A stretch of 64,000 nt of DNA from Candidatus Heimdallarchaeota archaeon (GCA_019056785.1 DXJV01000006.1:1-64000), one strand, 5' to 3'. Shown: positions 8,888-19,318, counted from the stretch's first letter. Numbers and translations are program-made. The notes: a model not told the origin generated them from the letters alone.

Positions 8888-11275
8888 ATGGTTAAGAAAA
8901 ATCGAAAACTACCCAAACAAAGTTCCCTCATCGCAAAATCGGCCATTCGTGACATCTTTCAAAAGAAGACCCGAAGCCTTACGACCATTATTGCTGTTAT
9001 GTTTGTTGTAGCATTTCCCATTGCCTTTTTACGAACTTCTGCCTCTCTCACTCTTTCCCTTGAATTGGAGTCAGCAGAGTTTAAGTTGGCCCATATTGAT
9101 TTCCAAAGTAGTTTTCTTGACGAGACACTTATTCAGCAAATTGAAACAATTGTTGCTGATGAAACAAATAATACCGCCTTAGTAGAGAGCCGGGTCGTTG
9201 CTGCAGGAGCTACCCTCAGCCTTGAAAAGACTTATTCGGCAGTGTTTATTGGAGTGAATGGCTCTGCTCCTCCAGAGATCAATCAGATTAGTATTGACGA
9301 AGGGCATTTCGTGGCAGATGATGATGAAGTGATGATTCTCAGTAGTTTTGCTGAAGCGGTACATCTGAAGCTTGGTGATAACATTACTATTAAGGGTGCG
9401 ACAGGTGAGAAAACCTTCGAGATCGTTGCGGTTGTTCACTCTATTGAATGGTTAAACTTTAAGCTTTCTAATAAAGCTGTTCTTTGGCTCACCGAGGAAG
9501 CGATTCGTGACCTTTATACACTCCCACCAAATGTCTACACCAGCGTACTTGTATATTTCGATGAAGAAACGCCTTTTGCTGATGTTCTAGCTGTTGGTGA
9601 GAAAGTGCGTCAACACTTTATTTCTCTGGGGTTTCCCCTCAGCTTAGTGGATTACCCCCACGAACTTTCTGTTCGAGCAGTTCTTTTAGATGCTTCAGAA
9701 ATGATTGCTCGTTATCTTAGTATCTGTACAGTTTTGACGATAATCATTAGTGGTTTTGTTATGTACGTCATTATGAGCCGTTTCGTGGCTGAGCAGCGAA
9801 AGTTAATTGGCGTTTTTCACAGTTTTGGTTTCCATCATACTGCCATCCTTCGCATGTTCACAATTCGCGCGGTTATTTTGGGAGTGATGGGCTGTGCTTT
9901 GGGGATAGGTGCATCCTATGGCATTTTAGCATTAATTACTATGCAATTAGGCGAATCTTGGGGGGTAACGACCATTGCCCTCAGTATTGACTGGTTTACT
10001 GTTCTGTGGGTAAGCCTAATGGCAATGGCTTCCATTCTCCTCTTTGCTGTCATCCCAGCACTAAAGGTCGCCCGTATGAATCCCTATGAAGCACTTCGAG
10101 GAAAAATGACAACCGATGTGACAAAAAAATCCTTCATCGATTACCTTCTTTTCACTAAATACCTCCCACAAATACCACGAATTGGCATCCGGAATCTCAA
10201 TAGGCAGAAAACCCGAACATGGATGACCATCTTAGCTGTAATGAGTGCTTTATCATTAAGTGCTGCTTTGGTTGCTACTGTAGATATCGCTAATTATCAG
10301 ATCCCCAAAAATATTAACGAATCAATTGTCTGGGATATCGAAGTTAATTTCTATCAGCCAGTTTCTGAGGCTGTTGTTAATACTTATGCTTCTATGGCTC
10401 ACGTTGAGAAGGTGGAGCCTTACTTGCGAATGACAACGATGACAACTGCTAATGATACTTCTCTCATTTTTCTCGAGGTCCAACCATGGAATAGCAGCAT
10501 GACGAACTACAATTTCAAAGAGGGAAGTGTTTTCATAGAGGAAGGCACAAATGAATGTTTCGTTAATGCTCGGTTACTCTATGAACTTGGGCTGTCAAAT
10601 GGTGACAATCTTTCCCTTTGGTTCTATAATCTGCAGCTTAACTTAACGATTATTGGTATCTCCGATTCTTGGGCTTCGCCCTCTTCAGTCATTATCCAAA
10701 AAGAATATCTAGAGTTGCTTCTTGGTCCCACCATCCGCTTCACTGCCATGCGACTCTTAGTCGAAGATGGATTCGAGGACGAGCTTGTTGAAAAGTTAAA
10801 TGAAGAAGATGAAAGTATTAGTTTTGCTACGACAAGCAAGTTTTTCCTCTCACAAATGATGGAAATTATCCACGTCGAACAACAAATAGCGTATGTTGCA
10901 GTTGTTCTAGGGTTTATAGTGGCATTTATCGCAATTTTCAACACCACCTTTATTTCTTCGCTTGAGCGAACGCGAGAGTTTGCCATTATGCGCGCCTTTG
11001 GCTTTTCCAATGGGTCAATCCTGAAAATAAGCCTTATTGAGAACGCTGTTCTGACTCCCGTCTCATTTCTTCCTGGTATGGCTCTTGCTTACCCGATTAC
11101 ACAGGTGTTTCTCGGGATAATAGAAGAATACGCCCAAACTATCCCATATAACTTTAGCTGGCAAACCGTTTGGGTTACTCTGGTGTTTGCTCTTGGGACC
11201 ACTCTCTTTGCTGTCATTCCAGGCTGGTTGAAGAACACGAAATTAGGTCTGGCAAATAATTTGCGGGAAGAATGA
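8888..11275 (+). CDS. FtsX/MacB-like ABC permease (two repeats)
   Basis: Two TM clusters with EQRKLIGVFHSFG and ERTREFAIMRAFG motifs and large extracellular loops. Confidence 0.9.
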   Translation: MVKKNRKLPKQSSLIAKSAIRDIFQKKTRSLTTIIAVMFVVAFPIAFLRTSASLTLSLELESAEFKLAHIDFQSSFLDETLIQQIETIVADETNNTALVESRVVAAGATLSLEKTYSAVFIGVNGSAPPEINQISIDEGHFVADDDEVMILSSFAEAVHLKLGDNITIKGATGEKTFEIVAVVHSIEWLNFKLSNKAVLWLTEEAIRDLYTLPPNVYTSVLVYFDEETPFADVLAVGEKVRQHFISLGFPLSLVDYPHELSVRAVLLDASEMIARYLSICTVLTIIISGFVMYVIMSRFVAEQRKLIGVFHSFGFHHTAILRMFTIRAVILGVMGCALGIGASYGILALITMQLGESWGVTTIALSIDWFTVLWVSLMAMASILLFAVIPALKVARMNPYEALRGKMTTDVTKKSFIDYLLFTKYLPQIPRIGIRNLNRQKTRTWMTILAVMSALSLSAALVATVDIANYQIPKNINESIVWDIEVNFYQPVSEAVVNTYASMAHVEKVEPYLRMTTMTTANDTSLIFLEVQPWNSSMTNYNFKEGSVFIEEGTNECFVNARLLYELGLSNGDNLSLWFYNLQLNLTIIGISDSWASPSSVIIQKEYLELLLGPTIRFTAMRLLVEDGFEDELVEKLNEEDESISFATTSKFFLSQMMEIIHVEQQIAYVAVVLGFIVAFIAIFNTTFISSLERTREFAIMRAFGFSNGSILKISLIENAVLTPVSFLPGMALAYPITQVFLGIIEEYAQTIPYNFSWQTVWVTLVFALGTTLFAVIPGWLKNTKLGLANNLREE

Positions 11276-11461
11276 TCATCGATAAAGATGACCTCTCCCT
11301 TTTATTTTACTGTAAAGGAACGAGCCAAGCTTTTTCTCAAGTCTTCTCAATTGTTTTTTCACCCCGCCTTTTTTCGTTCTGTTTTTTCTCGTTTTTTAGC
11401 TACGTCCTTATTTCAACAAAAGCTTTTATGAATTGTAGTTGTTTATTATTTATAAGTGACG

Positions 11462-13168
11462 ATGAAGAATCAAGAAATTGCAAGAATTCTGTCTGAGATC
11501 GGCTTTTTCTTAGAGATAAAAGGGGAGGCCTTCAAACCTCGTGCGTATCAGGCAGCTGCTCATACTCTTCGCACGCTATCAGAGGACATTGAACACGTTG
11601 CGAAAGAAGGCCGTTTAGAAGAGTTACCGGGTATTGGTACGAGTATTGCTAAAAAAATCAAAGAATATCTCAAGACTGGCACTATTAGTTATTATGATCG
11701 ATTAAAGAAGGAAATCCCTATTGCTGTAGAAGAATTGATGGCGGTGGAAGGTCTCGGCCCTAAAACCATCAAATTGCTTCATAAAGAATTAGGCGTTAGA
11801 AATCTTTCTGACTTAGAAAAAGCGCTCCTGCACCATAAGATTCGTGAGCTTCCTCGCATGGGAGAGAAAAGTGAGGAACAACTTCTCCGTAGTGTTTTAT
11901 TCTTGAAAAAGCATGCCGGCCGAAAATTGTTGGGTGATATTCTCCCCATTGCTGAGGAACTTGCAGGGGCAATACGCACATTCCCGGATGTTATCCAAGT
12001 TGCTGTTGCAGGTTCCACACGGCGCATGAAAGAAACTATTGGTGATATTGATATTTTGGTGACTACAACCGCTCCTCAACCAATACTTGACCGTTATGTT
12101 GCCCTGCCAGCTGTTGAGGATGTTGTTGCTAAAGGAGATACTAAAGCAACGGTTAGATTAAAGGCTGGTTTAGATGCTGATTTGCGCGTTATTCCTCCCG
12201 AATCCTTTGGTGCTGCTTTACTCTATTTTACCGGTTGCAAAGAAATGAACATTGAATTGCGTAGAATCGCAAAAGCAAAGAGCTGGAAGCTTAATGAGTA
12301 TGGTCTTTTTCAAGGTGAGGAAATGCTTGCAGGCAAAACGGAGGGGGAAATTTTTCATCAACTTGGATTGGATTACATTGAGCCAGAACTGCGAGAAAAT
12401 AGGGGTGAATTAGAAGCAGCAGCACAGGGGCAGTTGCCGAAATTGCTCCCATATGATTCTTTACGGGGCGATTTACAGATGCATACAAAATGGAGTGACG
12501 GTGTAAACACCATTAAAGAGATGGCACTGGCTGCAAAAGAATGTGGGTATGAATATTTAGCAATCACTGATCACACCGGTTCCTTACGTATTGCTGGTGG
12601 GATGGATGAAGCAGCAGTGGCAAAGCAAATGGCGGAAATTGCAAGATTGAATGAGGAATTAGCTGATGTAACTATTCTCGCGGGTGTGGAAGTGAATATC
12701 GATGCGCATGGTAATCTGGATTTAGCAAACTCACTCCTGAAAGATTTGGATGTTGTTGTAGCGAGTATCCATACTGGTTTCAGACAGTCCGAGGAACAGC
12801 TCACACAAAGGCTAATTGCGGCTATGGAGAATGAATATGTTAACATCATTGCTCATCCCACTGGCAGAAAGTTACTCGAGCGTGAGGGTTACGAACTCGA
12901 TTTTGAGATGCTTTTTGAAAAGGCGAAAGAGACGAAAACCATTCTCGAGATTAATGCCTTTCCAAATCGCCTGGACCTGAATGATCTCCACGTGAAACAA
13001 GCGGTTGAAGCTGGCTGTAAATTGGCAATAAATACCGATGCTCACAGCGTAGAGCACTTACGCTATATTCGTTTAGGCATTGCCACTGCGAGGAGGGGGT
13101 GGGCAAAAGAAACTGATGTTATTAACACCCTTCCTCTAACCAAATTGCAGAAATTTCTAGAGAAATAA
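11462..13168 (+). CDS. polX: DNA polymerase/3'-5' exonuclease PolX (PolX + PHP)
   Basis: HhH LPGIG, AGSTRR, GDIDIL, LLYFTG, LNEYGL; PHP motifs DLQMHT, TDH, HPTGR, NTDAH. Confidence 0.95.
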   Translation: MKNQEIARILSEIGFFLEIKGEAFKPRAYQAAAHTLRTLSEDIEHVAKEGRLEELPGIGTSIAKKIKEYLKTGTISYYDRLKKEIPIAVEELMAVEGLGPKTIKLLHKELGVRNLSDLEKALLHHKIRELPRMGEKSEEQLLRSVLFLKKHAGRKLLGDILPIAEELAGAIRTFPDVIQVAVAGSTRRMKETIGDIDILVTTTAPQPILDRYVALPAVEDVVAKGDTKATVRLKAGLDADLRVIPPESFGAALLYFTGCKEMNIELRRIAKAKSWKLNEYGLFQGEEMLAGKTEGEIFHQLGLDYIEPELRENRGELEAAAQGQLPKLLPYDSLRGDLQMHTKWSDGVNTIKEMALAAKECGYEYLAITDHTGSLRIAGGMDEAAVAKQMAEIARLNEELADVTILAGVEVNIDAHGNLDLANSLLKDLDVVVASIHTGFRQSEEQLTQRLIAAMENEYVNIIAHPTGRKLLEREGYELDFEMLFEKAKETKTILEINAFPNRLDLNDLHVKQAVEAGCKLAINTDAHSVEHLRYIRLGIATARRGWAKETDVINTLPLTKLQKFLEK

Positions 13169-13355
13169 TTTCACTAAGTATTCCAACTCGCGCCCCTCAC
13201 TATACTTCTTTGAGTTCAAACGCTTGCAATAAAGGTTCTTTAGCTGGGCGTAGCTCTGAAAAAAAGACTTTTTGTTTTTCTCTTTAATTAATAATGTTTT
13301 TTAATAGCTTTTGGCTGTATTTTTAGTCGAGATCTTTTAGAGGGAGAGCTTCCTG

Positions 13356-13809
13356 ATGTCACCTTATGAGACAAGAAATCAAATCAAACAAAATTTTCTG
13401 GCAGTATTTGTTGGAATTGTTCTACTTTATGCGAGCACTTTTGGCTTTTATAGTATCAGCATAACGGGTGCTGCGGCTGCTGAAGTTCTCGTGGCGTTTT
13501 TTCTTTATCTCTGTTGTCTATTAATCTCCGGTTTTCTAACATGCCTATTGGCTTTTCGCAAAGACGGCTACAAAATAATGGCTGCGTTGAGCTTTTTGAT
13601 GGTCTTGGGTAATTTTTTGTATATATATTATCCTTGACTTTTATACTACAAACACGCTCCCCTACACCATTACTATGAAAGAAGCATTATCCTTACTCAA
13701 ATTCCTGCCAGGAGTTTTGGCCGTCGCCTGTGGGTGCTTCTTAGGTGTGCTTCTCAAATACAAAAAGCAGAAGGGAATGCACTTCAAATTACTTTTGCTT
13801 GAGAAGTAG
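13356..13809 (+). pseudogene. Small membrane protein, apparently frameshifted
   Basis: 3-TM ORF stops at 13637; the +1 frame continues IILDFYT...LPGVLAVACGCFLGVLLKYKK to TAG 13809; break lies in a T6/(TA)4 tract at 13613-13627. Confidence 0.45.
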
Positions 13810-13924
13810 ATTCGAGTTCAATCTTTCTTTTTTTCTCATTTAAGCTCCTCCTAAAGAATGTTCCACATAAAACGAAAGATTCATAAAAGAAAAAAGAGAG
13901 GAAAAGAAAACAAAAGCAAACTGT

Positions 13925-14063
13925 GGGCCGGTAGATCAGACTGGAAGATCGCCTGCTTGGCAATTAGGCGGCGAGCTGCCGTTTCTAACCTTAATGCAGG
14001 AGGCCCCGAGTTCAATAGGCTGTTGCTTCGGCACTTCCTGGACACATCTCGGCCGGTCCACCA
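13925..14063 (+). tRNA. tRNA-Ala(GGC) with two introns (37/38: 13963-13994; T-loop 58/59: 14016-14045)
   Basis: Acceptor GGGCCGG/CCGGTCC with G3:U70, anticodon stem CCTGC/GCAGG, T-stem CCGAG/CTCGG, encoded CCA; BHB motifs at both introns. Confidence 0.92.
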
Positions 14064-14442
14064 TTTTCCTTCTTTTCTCTTCGTTAATTTCTCTCAGAAG
14101 TCGTTTCTTAAAACAGTCTTAGTATTCTTTTTTTCCTTATTTTCTCCTCTTTTTTCTTTGAGCTCTTTACTTTTTTCTTCTTTTGTTTGTTTTTGTAATA
14201 TTATTTAGTCTTATTTTATTGAGTATTAAGAGTGTTAAACTGTAAACATAAGCCGTTAGTTTGGTTTATTTTCTTTCTTTTATGTTGGCTCGAGAGAGTG
14301 GAATGTTTGTTGTAGCAGACTTTTTTTCTCTTTAAGTTAAAGCTCTTGGAAAAATTAAATAACCATAACTTTGTTTGGAACGGTAGTAAGGTCAAGCTGG
14401 CATGCAATATTCTTGCTGCGACCTCAAAGGAGTATTAATTCA

Positions 14443-15501
14443 ATGCGCGACTTGAAAATTGTTCTTACCGCTTGTGGCTGTCCTGGTGCTTCCACTCTTT
14501 TACGTATGTTGAAAGCCAATCATGGTGAGCGGAAGGTTGAGATTATTGGTACGGATATGGATAAAGAAGCAATTGGCCGTTTTCTTGCAGATAAGTTCTA
14601 TCAGGTGCCGGCCGGCTCATCTCCCGATTATATCCCCGCCATGATGCATATCCTCGAGAAGGAGAAACCAGATATTCTATTTCCGGAGTCTAGTTTTGAA
14701 GTTTATCATCTAGCAAGAGCAAAAAAAGAGTTGGAATCGACAGGAACAAAGATCCTTGTTTCGGATCCAGAACCCATTCTCTTAGCAAATAATAAATTAG
14801 CTATGTATGATATTTTACGGAGCCAAACCTCTCTTGCTCTCCCAGCCTATTATCCTGCTAAAACCTTTGATGAATTTATGGTTGCGCTTGATAAGCTTGG
14901 GTATCCTGAAAAGCCGATTGTTTTTAAACCTCAGATTGGGAAAGGAAGTCGCGGCGTTCGAATTATTGATCCAAAGGTTAATCGTAAGGATCAATTGCTC
15001 AATTATAAACCCACCAGCAAATATATGTCTCTCGAGGAATTTGAGGGCATTTTCCGGGAAGAAGATGAATTTCCAAAGTTATTGGTTATGGATTTTTTAG
15101 AAGGTGGAGAGGTCACAACCGATACTATTGCTTTTCGGGGAGAAGAACTCTTTACGACTGTAAAAACTGTTGAACAGGCTCGTTGGGGCGTCATTGTTCG
15201 TGGCGAATTGATCCGCCGTCCCGACCTTGTCCAGCAAACTCGAGAGATTCTCCAAGCGATTCCGTTAAGCTATTGTAACAATCTCCAGTTTATTGGTGAT
15301 AAACTCATTGAAATCAATCCCCGTGTTTCTTCGTTCATTTATCAAGAGAACCTCATTATGCCCTATTTAGTTGTTAAGTTTATTTTGGGCGAACTTTCAA
15401 AGGATGATTTGCGAGCATTAACTAAGAAGATTGATTACGGTCGGCGAATGGTTAGATATATGGACCAGATTTTCCATAAGAATCTCGAACGTGTTCTCTG
15501 A
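14443..15501 (+). CDS. ATP-grasp ligase (CarB/PylC-like)
   Basis: LTACGCPG, LADKFYQVP, FKPQIGKGSRGV, LIEINPR; ATG at 14443. Confidence 0.85.
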   Translation: MRDLKIVLTACGCPGASTLLRMLKANHGERKVEIIGTDMDKEAIGRFLADKFYQVPAGSSPDYIPAMMHILEKEKPDILFPESSFEVYHLARAKKELESTGTKILVSDPEPILLANNKLAMYDILRSQTSLALPAYYPAKTFDEFMVALDKLGYPEKPIVFKPQIGKGSRGVRIIDPKVNRKDQLLNYKPTSKYMSLEEFEGIFREEDEFPKLLVMDFLEGGEVTTDTIAFRGEELFTTVKTVEQARWGVIVRGELIRRPDLVQQTREILQAIPLSYCNNLQFIGDKLIEINPRVSSFIYQENLIMPYLVVKFILGELSKDDLRALTKKIDYGRRMVRYMDQIFHKNLERVL

Positions 15502-15528
15502 TTGACTCTTCCTTTTCACCCTTTTTTT

Positions 15529-16632
15529 TTATTTGCCGTGGAGATTTATGGCTATTTCATATGCTTGTTGAAGATTCTCTCCATAATTGTCCAAAATAAA
15601 TCGCTTTCGAGCGATATTCATAATTTCTTTTGCACCTGTAGTCATGAGCTCTTCTTTCTTAGCTCTCAAATATCTCACCAAGTCGTCATATGTCTGGAAT
15701 TGATACCCCACGCTGATAGCTTCAATCACCGGCTTGAATTCCGTTTGGGTTATGGGTGTGATTAATCCTAAGCCGGCATGGATATACAGATAGGCTTTGT
15801 TTGCCCCACTAAATTGATGATATTTTGCATAGGGTAGAAAGGGAATAATGCCCACATGCCCTATTGCTGCTTCAGTATAACAAGCATAATGTGAAACTCG
15901 ACCAATGCTGATAATTTTTCCTTCACTTTTTAGGTCATTTTGTCCAATAATCAGTATCTTTCCTATGTCTTCATTTTGTTTCCAGAGGTCGAGAAATCCT
16001 TCAATTCTCCGGTGTTTTGCTGTACTTCTCGTTGAAACTCCTATTGCAACAGTTATCAGTGAATCTTTTGCTCGCTCTTTTAACTTGGGTTTCTTTACTT
16101 CCTGTAATAAAGGCATGTTGGGGAATAGAAGAACATTTTTCGTTTTATATTTTGTTTTATAGAAATTAATAATGCCTGTTGACGGTGCCAAGATCGCTGT
16201 GGTTTTTGCCAGCTCTTTCTCCCATCGAGGGTAATATGTTCGTTGTAACGCCATACTAACTTTGCTCTTTAAGCCAGAGTAATTGTAGCACTTGATTTTT
16301 TGTGACCACAGTTCATGATCATCATATACAAAAGGCAAACCTGTCTTTTTTGCTAATTTTGCCATGAAAATGTTGTGCGCATGAATGATGTCTGGATCTA
16401 CTTCTGCTATGAAATTGTTCAATGCAGTCATAAAAGGCTTAATGTCTATTAAGAGTTGATTCCTTGGTGTCAAATCAACATACTGTGTTTTTTTGAAGAT
16501 ATTTTTTATGAGCACCTCTTCTTTTACATTTCCAATTAGAAACTGCTTTTTCGCTTTCTGTTTTTTAGCAAGGAGTGCTGCTCTTTCTGCTCGAATGTTT
16601 CGTCGCCCATCTGCTAAATGTAAAATTTTCAT
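15529..16632 (-). CDS. Glycosyltransferase, GT4-like
   Basis: MKILHL, PDIIHAHN, VYDDHELW, NKAYLYIHAGL (variant of NKxxEY). Confidence 0.8.
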   Translation of the reverse strand: MKILHLADGRRNIRAERAALLAKKQKAKKQFLIGNVKEEVLIKNIFKKTQYVDLTPRNQLLIDIKPFMTALNNFIAEVDPDIIHAHNIFMAKLAKKTGLPFVYDDHELWSQKIKCYNYSGLKSKVSMALQRTYYPRWEKELAKTTAILAPSTGIINFYKTKYKTKNVLLFPNMPLLQEVKKPKLKERAKDSLITVAIGVSTRSTAKHRRIEGFLDLWKQNEDIGKILIIGQNDLKSEGKIISIGRVSHYACYTEAAIGHVGIIPFLPYAKYHQFSGANKAYLYIHAGLGLITPITQTEFKPVIEAISVGYQFQTYDDLVRYLRAKKEELMTTGAKEIMNIARKRFILDNYGENLQQAYEIAINLHGK

Positions 16633-16725
16633 TGGGTATTCTACCTGAGGATGTTTGTCTTTTCTCCTTTCTTTCATTAAAAAAAGCTTTCTTATATTAT
16701 TACTAAAAGTGTGGGTGTTTGCGAT

Positions 16726-17385
16726 TCAAGGCTTGAGTGTTGTTCCTTTGCCTATGATTATCCGAATTGCTTCAAATGCTTCTGCATATTGATGGTCTAA
16801 TTGTACTCCTCGTACTCTTGCCAATGCCCGTAAATAATCTTCACTCGAGTAAAATTTGTCAGCTTGCGTTTTGTATTCTTTAATTGCGGCTATTTTTTTA
16901 GCGATGTGTCGTTCCTCGAGTTTAATGAAACACGTTGAAGAGAATTGGATGTTGTTTCTTGGGAATTCATACCCTAAAAGTGAGCTTGTTATCCGGAAAG
17001 CACGAATGCCTTCGTTATGCATTATTTGATGGTCCTGGTGCATGTCATCACTATTCGGTAAGAAAACGATGTCGGGCGCCAGATCTTTTCGGTAGTTCAC
17101 CAAATCCTCGAGTATCTCTTGACGATTAGCAGGGAATGATCGGACTTCATAATCATGGATGAACAAATTTTTTGGAGGGATCCCTAAGACTTTCGTTGCT
17201 TTTTTCACTTCTGTTTTCAAAGCATCTTTCGGAAACCCGGGTTTTACAGATTTCCGTGCAGTGGAAAAGGCAATATAGAACACTTCGTGTTTTTCTTCTA
17301 CAAAACGGGCTATTGTTCCCCCCGCGCCAAATTCTCCGTCGTCTGTGTGTGGGCTTAAAACAACGATTCTCATTTTCTTGCGCAC
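16726..17385 (-). CDS. PIG-L/LmbE family N-acetylhexosamine deacetylase
   Basis: SPHTDDGEFG, HQDH, YKTQ, AEAF. Confidence 0.92.
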   Translation of the reverse strand: MRKKMRIVVLSPHTDDGEFGAGGTIARFVEEKHEVFYIAFSTARKSVKPGFPKDALKTEVKKATKVLGIPPKNLFIHDYEVRSFPANRQEILEDLVNYRKDLAPDIVFLPNSDDMHQDHQIMHNEGIRAFRITSSLLGYEFPRNNIQFSSTCFIKLEERHIAKKIAAIKEYKTQADKFYSSEDYLRALARVRGVQLDHQYAEAFEAIRIIIGKGTTLKP

Positions 17386-17516
17386 CTATCTTTGCTATCT
17401 TATTTATTGCCTTTAATTTTTTCATTAATCATAAATGTTATTCCAGAGTTGCTTTTACTCTAAGGTTGCTTTTTATTCTTGGTGAGAAAAAAAGAGGTGG
17501 AAGCCCTGCTGGTAGT

Positions 17517-18020
17517 TTACTCTTCAACTTCCGCCCCGAGTTTAGTACCAATCTTGATAATGAGATAGATTACAAAAGCAACTGCAATGAAGGTTATGCT
17601 TGTCGACAGAAAGTGTCCTATATAGAAATTACCTACTACCCAGTCGTTCAATCGGTCTAAATTATTCAAACCTGGTATATAGGTAAACAACGGCATAATG
17701 ATATCATCAACCAGCGCTTGCACTAACAGTCCAACATATGTGGCCATAATAAATGCAACAGCCATACCCAATACTTTGTACTTTCTAATGAAATCCATGA
17801 AATCCTTGCCAAATCTTCTGATGACTTTTAGTCGTTTCTTCTTTTTTGGCTCCTCTCCTTCTGGAGGTTGTTTTTCCTCAGTCATTTCTTCTGTTGTAGT
17901 TTTTTCAGCTTCTGCTTTAGGTTGGTTGGTGAGGAACTTTCTTATCATTTGCAATTCTTTTAGAATCTCTTCTTGGGTTTCACTTTTTCCTTCTTGTGGC
18001 TCTTCTACTGTTTCTGCCAT
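17517..18020 (-). CDS. mscL: Large-conductance mechanosensitive channel
   Basis: DFMDFIRKYKVLGMAVAFIM, LVDDIIMP, IGHFLSTSITF; acidic N-terminal extension. Confidence 0.88.
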   Translation of the reverse strand: MAETVEEPQEGKSETQEEILKELQMIRKFLTNQPKAEAEKTTTEEMTEEKQPPEGEEPKKKKRLKVIRRFGKDFMDFIRKYKVLGMAVAFIMATYVGLLVQALVDDIIMPLFTYIPGLNNLDRLNDWVVGNFYIGHFLSTSITFIAVAFVIYLIIKIGTKLGAEVEE

Positions 18021-18100
18021 TCTTTCTTCTCCAGAAATTCTTCTTTCTGTACGCTCTTGTTTTATCAACAAAAAAATTTCTGGCGGTGGCATTTCCTCAT

Positions 18101-18358
18101 TTAAGATTTTTGCTCAATTTCTTTCTTCGCTCTATTTTTCCGTTTTTGAATCACTACTATTAAGCCTGCAGCTGCTAAAATGATGACAATTCCCCCAATA
18201 AGTATTAGTGGTAGTGATATGGGCTCACCGGTTCTCAATGGCACAAGCCCGAAGACGAGAAATGTTAGGCTAATTGCCAAAGCAAAACTAATGATTAAGA
18301 ATTCTAACAATTGGCTTCTCTCAAGGTATTCAACAATCATGTCTCGTTTTGTTGTCAT
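18101..18358 (-). CDS. Small two-TM membrane protein
   Basis: ATG 18358 overlaps the nitroreductase stop (ATGA); two hydrophobic helices and a basic tail. Confidence 0.65.
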   Translation of the reverse strand: MTTKRDMIVEYLERSQLLEFLIISFALAISLTFLVFGLVPLRTGEPISLPLILIGGIVIILAAAGLIVVIQKRKNRAKKEIEQKS

Positions 18359-19254
18359 TCTATCCACCTGACTCTTAATGGACTTCGGGGGGGTGCCCGT
18401 AAATAGCGAATAGCTGGGTAGCCAAGAATTAACACCCCGCGTACTTTGTAACCTTTCGGGATGGCAAAATGCTTCTGTAATTTCCGTTTCTTTTGCAATC
18501 TTATTTGGGCAAAGCCGATCCAACAGCTCCCCAAGCCCAGCGATTGAGCAGCTAACATGCCATAGGTAAGAGCAATACCGGCATCGTTGTCGGCCAATCC
18601 ATTGGGATAATCTCGTGAGTAATGAAGGATAACACAGGGTGCGTTAAAAAAAATGATGTCCTCACCATTTTCAAGTCGTGCTAATTCTCTATCCAGGGTT
18701 ATCTTTGTTTTTGGATTAAGGGCACGTCTTCTTGTCCCCGGGCTTAAGAAAGGGGCTATGAGAATTTTAAATGGCAACAGCTTCCTTGCTGTCTTGAAGA
18801 AACGGCTTACCTCTCGCGAAAGAAAAGCGATCTCTTCTTTGTTTGTAAGAACAACATACCGCCAGTTTTGCCGATTACTCGCAGAAGGGGCATATCTCAT
18901 CGCTTCTAATACTTTGGTTATTTCTTCTTTTTCTACAACTTGATCTTTAAACAAGCGAATTGATCTTCTCATTCGAAGGGCTTGAAGCATGGTTTCATAC
19001 GGGATGAGTTTCTCCAATTGTTTTGTTCCTTCGAAATTCAGAGGTTCATCTGCATCTTCGAATAGTATCGCCTCGGTAGGGCATATTGCGATACAATGCC
19101 CACATCTTACACAGAGATTATAGCTGTCCGCGAATGCAACTCTCAGCTTGTTCTTTTCAGGCTCAGCAACAGAATTGTAAAGCCGGCTGGGGCAAACTTT
19201 CACACATTGTCCGCAGTTTGTACACTTTTCTGGGTCGATTCCTAGAATTTTCAA
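18355..19254 (-). CDS. Ferredoxin-nitroreductase fusion
   Basis: CxxCxxCxxxCP twice; RRSIR, APSASNRQ, LGLGSCWIG. Confidence 0.92.
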   Translation of the reverse strand: MKILGIDPEKCTNCGQCVKVCPSRLYNSVAEPEKNKLRVAFADSYNLCVRCGHCIAICPTEAILFEDADEPLNFEGTKQLEKLIPYETMLQALRMRRSIRLFKDQVVEKEEITKVLEAMRYAPSASNRQNWRYVVLTNKEEIAFLSREVSRFFKTARKLLPFKILIAPFLSPGTRRRALNPKTKITLDRELARLENGEDIIFFNAPCVILHYSRDYPNGLADNDAGIALTYGMLAAQSLGLGSCWIGFAQIRLQKKRKLQKHFAIPKGYKVRGVLILGYPAIRYLRAPPRSPLRVRWIE

Positions 19255-19318
19255 CGTTACTCTGGAGTATTAACACGTTGGGCTATTTTTATATTTCTCC
19301 CCCTATTTGTAAAAGGAT

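Noticed and set aside
13635-13800. Selenocysteine readthrough of the TGA at 13635
   Set aside because: No redox motif context or recognisable SECIS; the +1 frame gives a more plausible TM continuation.
13858-14208. ORFs overlapping tRNAs (also 19318..19503, 27439..27648, 53055..53264)
   Set aside because: Low-complexity translations across tRNA genes and their flanks.
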